Positions 59,665 through 64,000 of a DNA stretch of 64,000 nt are shown here, piece after piece. A program made the position numbers and the translations under genes. Source of the stretch: Saccostrea echinata (Eukaryota); assembly GCF_033153115.1 (NCBI RefSeq), contig NW_026889782.1:31992001-32056000 (forward strand), read 5' to 3'. The notes under the pieces were generated by a model. The model saw nothing but the letters and a program-made list of their open reading frames with translations. It had not been told where the DNA came from and searched no databases. Position 1 is the stretch's first letter. Every line of letters starts with the position of its first letter.

Positions 59665-61831
59665 AAAAATATGTATAAAATGCTCAAGATTAAAATCACT
59701 ATTTCAAGGTGTGTTTTTTTTCACAATCACTGAATTTTTCTTTATTATGAAATTGCATGGTTATAATTAGTTAAAAAACATATAAACATATATAATTATT
59801 AATAACCCGCCATTGTTACTAGGTCTTATTTTGATTGACGTATTTCATATTGTAATTCCGTCTACCTGATCAATGCACATTGCTATGGCGGGTATGATCG
59901 GTCGGCAGATGATGCTTACTCCTCGCAGGCATTTGACCCAAACTCTACAAATTTGAAAGGGTATTTGTTTTATGCCCTATTGTGTGTAGGTTTTGGGGGA
60001 TCGATTACATTTCTTTATCCTCACCTTTTCAATATTATTTATCGATGATCAGAATGGATTTTCAATGATATGTCCGGGATGCTTACTCCTCCTACGCCTC
60101 TGATGTTTCAGGGGTCCGTGTTTTGCCTATTTGTACAGATATTTGTACAGATATTGTATTGTTTAGAGGGTTTTTGAGATTGATCATCATTCTCATATGA
60201 GAAAAATAAGTACAAAAAAGGATTAATAATCAGATCAAAGTACAAATTCTTTATCTGAAATAAATCAATACGTTTTGCATAGTATTTCATAATTATTTAT
60301 TTTCAACAAAGATGTCGCAAATTTTCCCGTTGTTTCAAAAGTTAGCTTGTATTTCATCAATATCTTAATCTTTGGTACAAAGTTCTCACATTTATAAAAC
60401 GTTTTATTTTACCGAGTTGAGAATGATACTCCCTGATACGGTGATCATTATACTGAATCCTCAAAAAAAAAAAGGAATTCTGAAAATATATACGTAAAAC
60501 AGTGTACTTAATTTTGAAGGCACAGAACAATGCAAAAAATCTTCATTCAATGCTTCGACAATTCCAAACATATCAAGACACTATATTGTTTATCTCTTAA
60601 TTTAAGGAAATGAAATCATTCACCTGTTTACTAAGGACATTAACCCATACCTGTATGTTTCGATCACACTAAACAATGGTACGAGTTATCATCAGATGTA
60701 TGACCAGTTTTCCGTGTCTGATGAAGCAGACAAGTACCGACTTTTTCTCGCAGGACCTTCCCAGGGAACATTGGGTAGGTAGTATTTTTTTATTATAAAT
60801 TATCTAATTATATATTGAGTAAATAATCATTTCTTTTCACAATCTATAAAATATTCATTCATGGGTACTTCATTTTTTTATTCAACATTCATTTAAAACT
60901 GCTGCTATTTTGTTTTTGTGATTGCTGTTTTGTTTTTGTGAATACAAGAAATAATATGCACAATATTTCAGAAATGTTTTAATTTTATTTCTATTGTAAA
61001 TGTTAAAGCTCTTCATAAAAAAAATTATCGTAGAAATACCACTGGTAAGACAATCCATAGAATATCAATATTTTAATTTACTAAGAATAAGGTATATAAA
61101 TACATTTCATCAATGGAAAAGTAGTTAACATAGTAATTTTCCCTGGGATATTTGAATGATTTATAATTCGATTTAATATAATTGTATCAATGAAGAAACT
61201 AAAACAAACAACGTCTGGAAAAAACTACATTTAAAACATACAACCGAAAATGAATATAGTTAAAAAACTACGGTAATATTTTTTTCTCTTGGTGATTCGT
61301 CAGAATTTTCCGATAAACAATAAATATTTTAAGTCATGTGATTAGATTGAATTGGAGAGTCAGTCATGTGATCACAGGGATTGAGAAAATAAGCCTAGTC
61401 ATTAATCATTTAGTCAATATATGGCGAATGAAGATAGAGTATAAAGACTGGGTATAATATTTCATACGCATAAGAAATTATATTGAATTTTGTGCAAAAT
61501 ACTGCACTAGAAGCAAAAAAATTGGAAATCATTTTCATGTTTTTATCAGTTAGTGTATATTACATTAATTTTAGGTGATAGAATGTTGAACACTGGAGTA
61601 GCTGATGCTGATATTTCCGGTATGTTCTTTAGTACACCTGACCAGGACAACGACGGAACAACTGCATACGACTGTGCAGCCACCTATCGAGCAGGGTGGT
61701 GGTTTAATTATTGCCACCACGCTTTGCTGAACGGACAGTGGTACCCACAATACTGGTATCTGCCATGGTTTTCCATCATTCCTGATGGAACGGATGTGAA
61801 TGAAACACTAATGATGATAAAACGCCACTAA
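56501..61831 (+). CDS. Secreted PAN/apple + fibrinogen-related domain protein copy 2, intact (~320 aa); exons 56501-56798, 58724-58866, 59432-59528, 60607-60774, 61575-61831
   Basis: Exon lengths 298+143+97+168+257=963 nt, in frame; signal peptide, CAFLC...C.CFGFN....KCRLH apple motif, FBG motifs. Confidence 0.9.
56941..58042 (+). mobile_element. HINE/Pearl-like element with ~167-bp satellite repeats in intron 1 of FReD copy 2
   Basis: TTTTTAGCTCACCTGAGC ... GCTCAGGTGAGCGATGTGGCCCATGGGCCTCTTG; (GTCT)n; AAATCATGAC recurring every ~167 bp, like the oyster Cg170-type satellite. Confidence 0.88.
58230..58492 (-). mobile_element. tRNA-derived SINE-like element
   Basis: Minus strand has A-box-like TGGCGAAGTGGTTAGAGC and B-box-like GAGTTTGAATCCC; shares GCAGTGAGGGA and TCTCATTCGAA blocks with the SINE at ~45060-45150. 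Confidence 0.6.
59593..59658. repeat. (AG)n microsatellite
   Basis: Pure AG run in intron 3 of FReD copy 2. Confidence 0.95.
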
Positions 61832-64000
61832 CACTTTATTTTAATCTCTATATTGAATCACATAACTGACACATCAAAATACTTGTATCTACCATGGAAT
61901 CTCATCATTTCTGGTGAATCTAACATGAATGAGACAGTAATAATAACAAACCCACTCTCCTTCATAATTTGATTCTCCATATTGGCTGAATCACATAATT
62001 GATCAAAGTGTCAATAACATAAAAAACCTATGAAACAGTACTGATATATCTTCCCTTGAATCTATACCAATCCTAAAATGGAACGGAAGTAAATGAAACT
62101 ATAATAATGATATATCTGCATAATTGAAATCTCCATGCGGAAAAACTTTACAAATAATAATAATTGAATAATACACTTGTGCTGATAAAACATAAATTCA
62201 AATTTAAGTTATGAATCAGGTGACTGCTACGTCATAATAGTGGTATCTATTCTATAATCCCATCACTCCGTATAGAATGAACGTAAATAAGACAACGATG
62301 ATGATAAAACCAGACTAATACAACATTTAAATCCCCATAGTAATCACATTTTCATTCTTGATGGATTTGAGTCAAAATCCCATTTGTTATATCTTGACCA
62401 CATTTCAGCAATTGCTTTGTAACATATTTCATGAGGCAAACTTTAAGCATTTTGGTGTATAGATGAAACGATTTATGATGCTGTTTTTATATATAACAAA
62501 GTGTAACTTGTCTAAACGATACATATTTTAAACATTTAGTTAAGTTATTTTCTTTAATCAGTCATTTTAATCGTTTTGCCTGGGTCTAGCTAAAAAGAGG
62601 CTATGTCATCAGGTAACAGACGTTACTTATACGTGCTTGCCTTTAATATTTCTTATGGCGACCGAGATGCAAAATTTGGAAGGCAACATGGCGAATAAAA
62701 TTAAGTTTTTGTCTTCTAAATTAAAATAGAAAAACCATGCCAGTGCTATTTTCGCGTTTGATGCACTATGCTCAAATCGACTTGGTATTGTTGTAATTAA
62801 ATCTAGAGAAGCGCCACTTTTCAGTTACGTAATCAGTAAACAACAAGATGACGAGTGTAAGAGATTCACAAGGTGATAAAATCGTTAAACCGTAATTGAT
62901 CTCTGTTATCTGTTATTGGTCCTCAACGAAATGAGTTGCTTATTAAGTTTTTACAGACTGTTCATAGCAATATAACTGGTTGTTCAGGTCGATGGGAGGC
63001 GCGGCTTTGCCTCACCCTGACATGGTTTCGAACAACCCGTAATATTTCTCTGGACAATCAGCAAAGAATTTAAAAGGTAATTATTTTAAGACAGTAACGA
63101 ACCATTTGAATCAGGCCATACACGCTTAATGATGTCAAAAGTAAATATTTTGATCAGTTTTTTGATGTTTGAGACAATATATGTTTGATCGAGAATTTCT
63201 GTCGTATATTGTCTAGGTGTTTGATGGTTCATGGAGTTTTATTCGGATTGGGGCACCTGGTTATCTGTTTATAAACGGTTTCACCTTTGATGCTTAGTGC
63301 TTCAATGCATGCATGCTTAAATAGATTTTTTTTTATTTCACCCTGTGTTAGATTTTCCCCTTAATACTTACAAAACATTGTCCTTTTTAGATTCACAGGG
63401 ATATATTTTTATTTGAATTTATCTTGTTTTGAATTGTTTCACTGAGTGCGGAATTGGCACTGAAATGGGCAAAAATGGAATGTTTTTGAATACATCATTC
63501 AAAAACAACAAAAATAAAGATTTTTTTCTTCTTAATTGCATTATTTGCACACTAGATGTTTGTATTAATAGTAGATATGTTTTAATCATGTTATAATACA
63601 ATTCAATATAATGATTGTATTTTTTAGGTATAATGTTTTAACAATATTTCATATCAATTGTAAATAAATTTTGAACAATTATTCATGGAGATTATCTTTT
63701 TTCCCACAGGACCCAGGATAGCAAATGAAATAGCAAACCAATACAGTTATCCTATGTTACTTTTGTCAGAAACACCTCTTTTTACATTTATTGACTAATT
63801 AATTCATAGAACACTTTGTTGGCAAAGGTCTGTTTTGCCCTGCTCTCAATTCTGTTCGTTAAAAGTATTTCATTCATAACAAAAATATTTTAGTAAACGT
63901 ACCTCAAAAACATTCATCAACACTCGCTTATAACGAAAATCTCTGACAAAAAGAAATCTTGAAGAATATTTAATCTATTATTATCTCTGTATAGTAAAAA

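Noticed and set aside
59511-59770. ERERER / SLSLSL ORFs
   Set aside because: (AG)n microsatellite in an intron

Overview
AT-rich animal genomic DNA, most likely a bivalve mollusc such as an oyster, inferred from the Helentron-type satellite-bearing elements, SINEs and fibrinogen-domain genes. The dominant feature is a full-length 21,961-bp Polinton/Maverick (adintovirus-like endogenous dsDNA virus) at 10283-32243. It has AGTAGT...ACTACT ends and a perfect 6-bp TSD (TATGAA), and it sits inside a 27-bp minisatellite. All core genes are present: vOTU+pPolB with an inserted Vsr-like nuclease, packaging ATPase, chromodomain integrase, minor and major capsid proteins, adenain-like protease and basic core proteins. 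There are four small lesions (one stop, three frameshifts). The element also carries a rich apparent counter-defence cargo: a BIR-RING IAP, a GADD34/ICP34.5/DP71L-like PP1-eIF2alpha adaptor overlapped by a second ORF, a macrodomain, three all-Cys RING proteins, a CCHC zinc-knuckle protein and two paralogous unknown proteins. Several cargo genes share a tightly spaced promoter module (Rel/kB-like GGTTTTTCC - N7 - MEF2-like CTAAAAATAG - AAGG-TATA). The host flanks hold a 5'-truncated LINE, three Helentron-type elements, nested DNA-transposon derivatives, two abutting inverted duplications and a tandem pair of 5-exon signal peptide + PAN/apple + fibrinogen-domain genes, the first with a nonsense mutation. 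All calls come from motif reading by eye; no searches were run.
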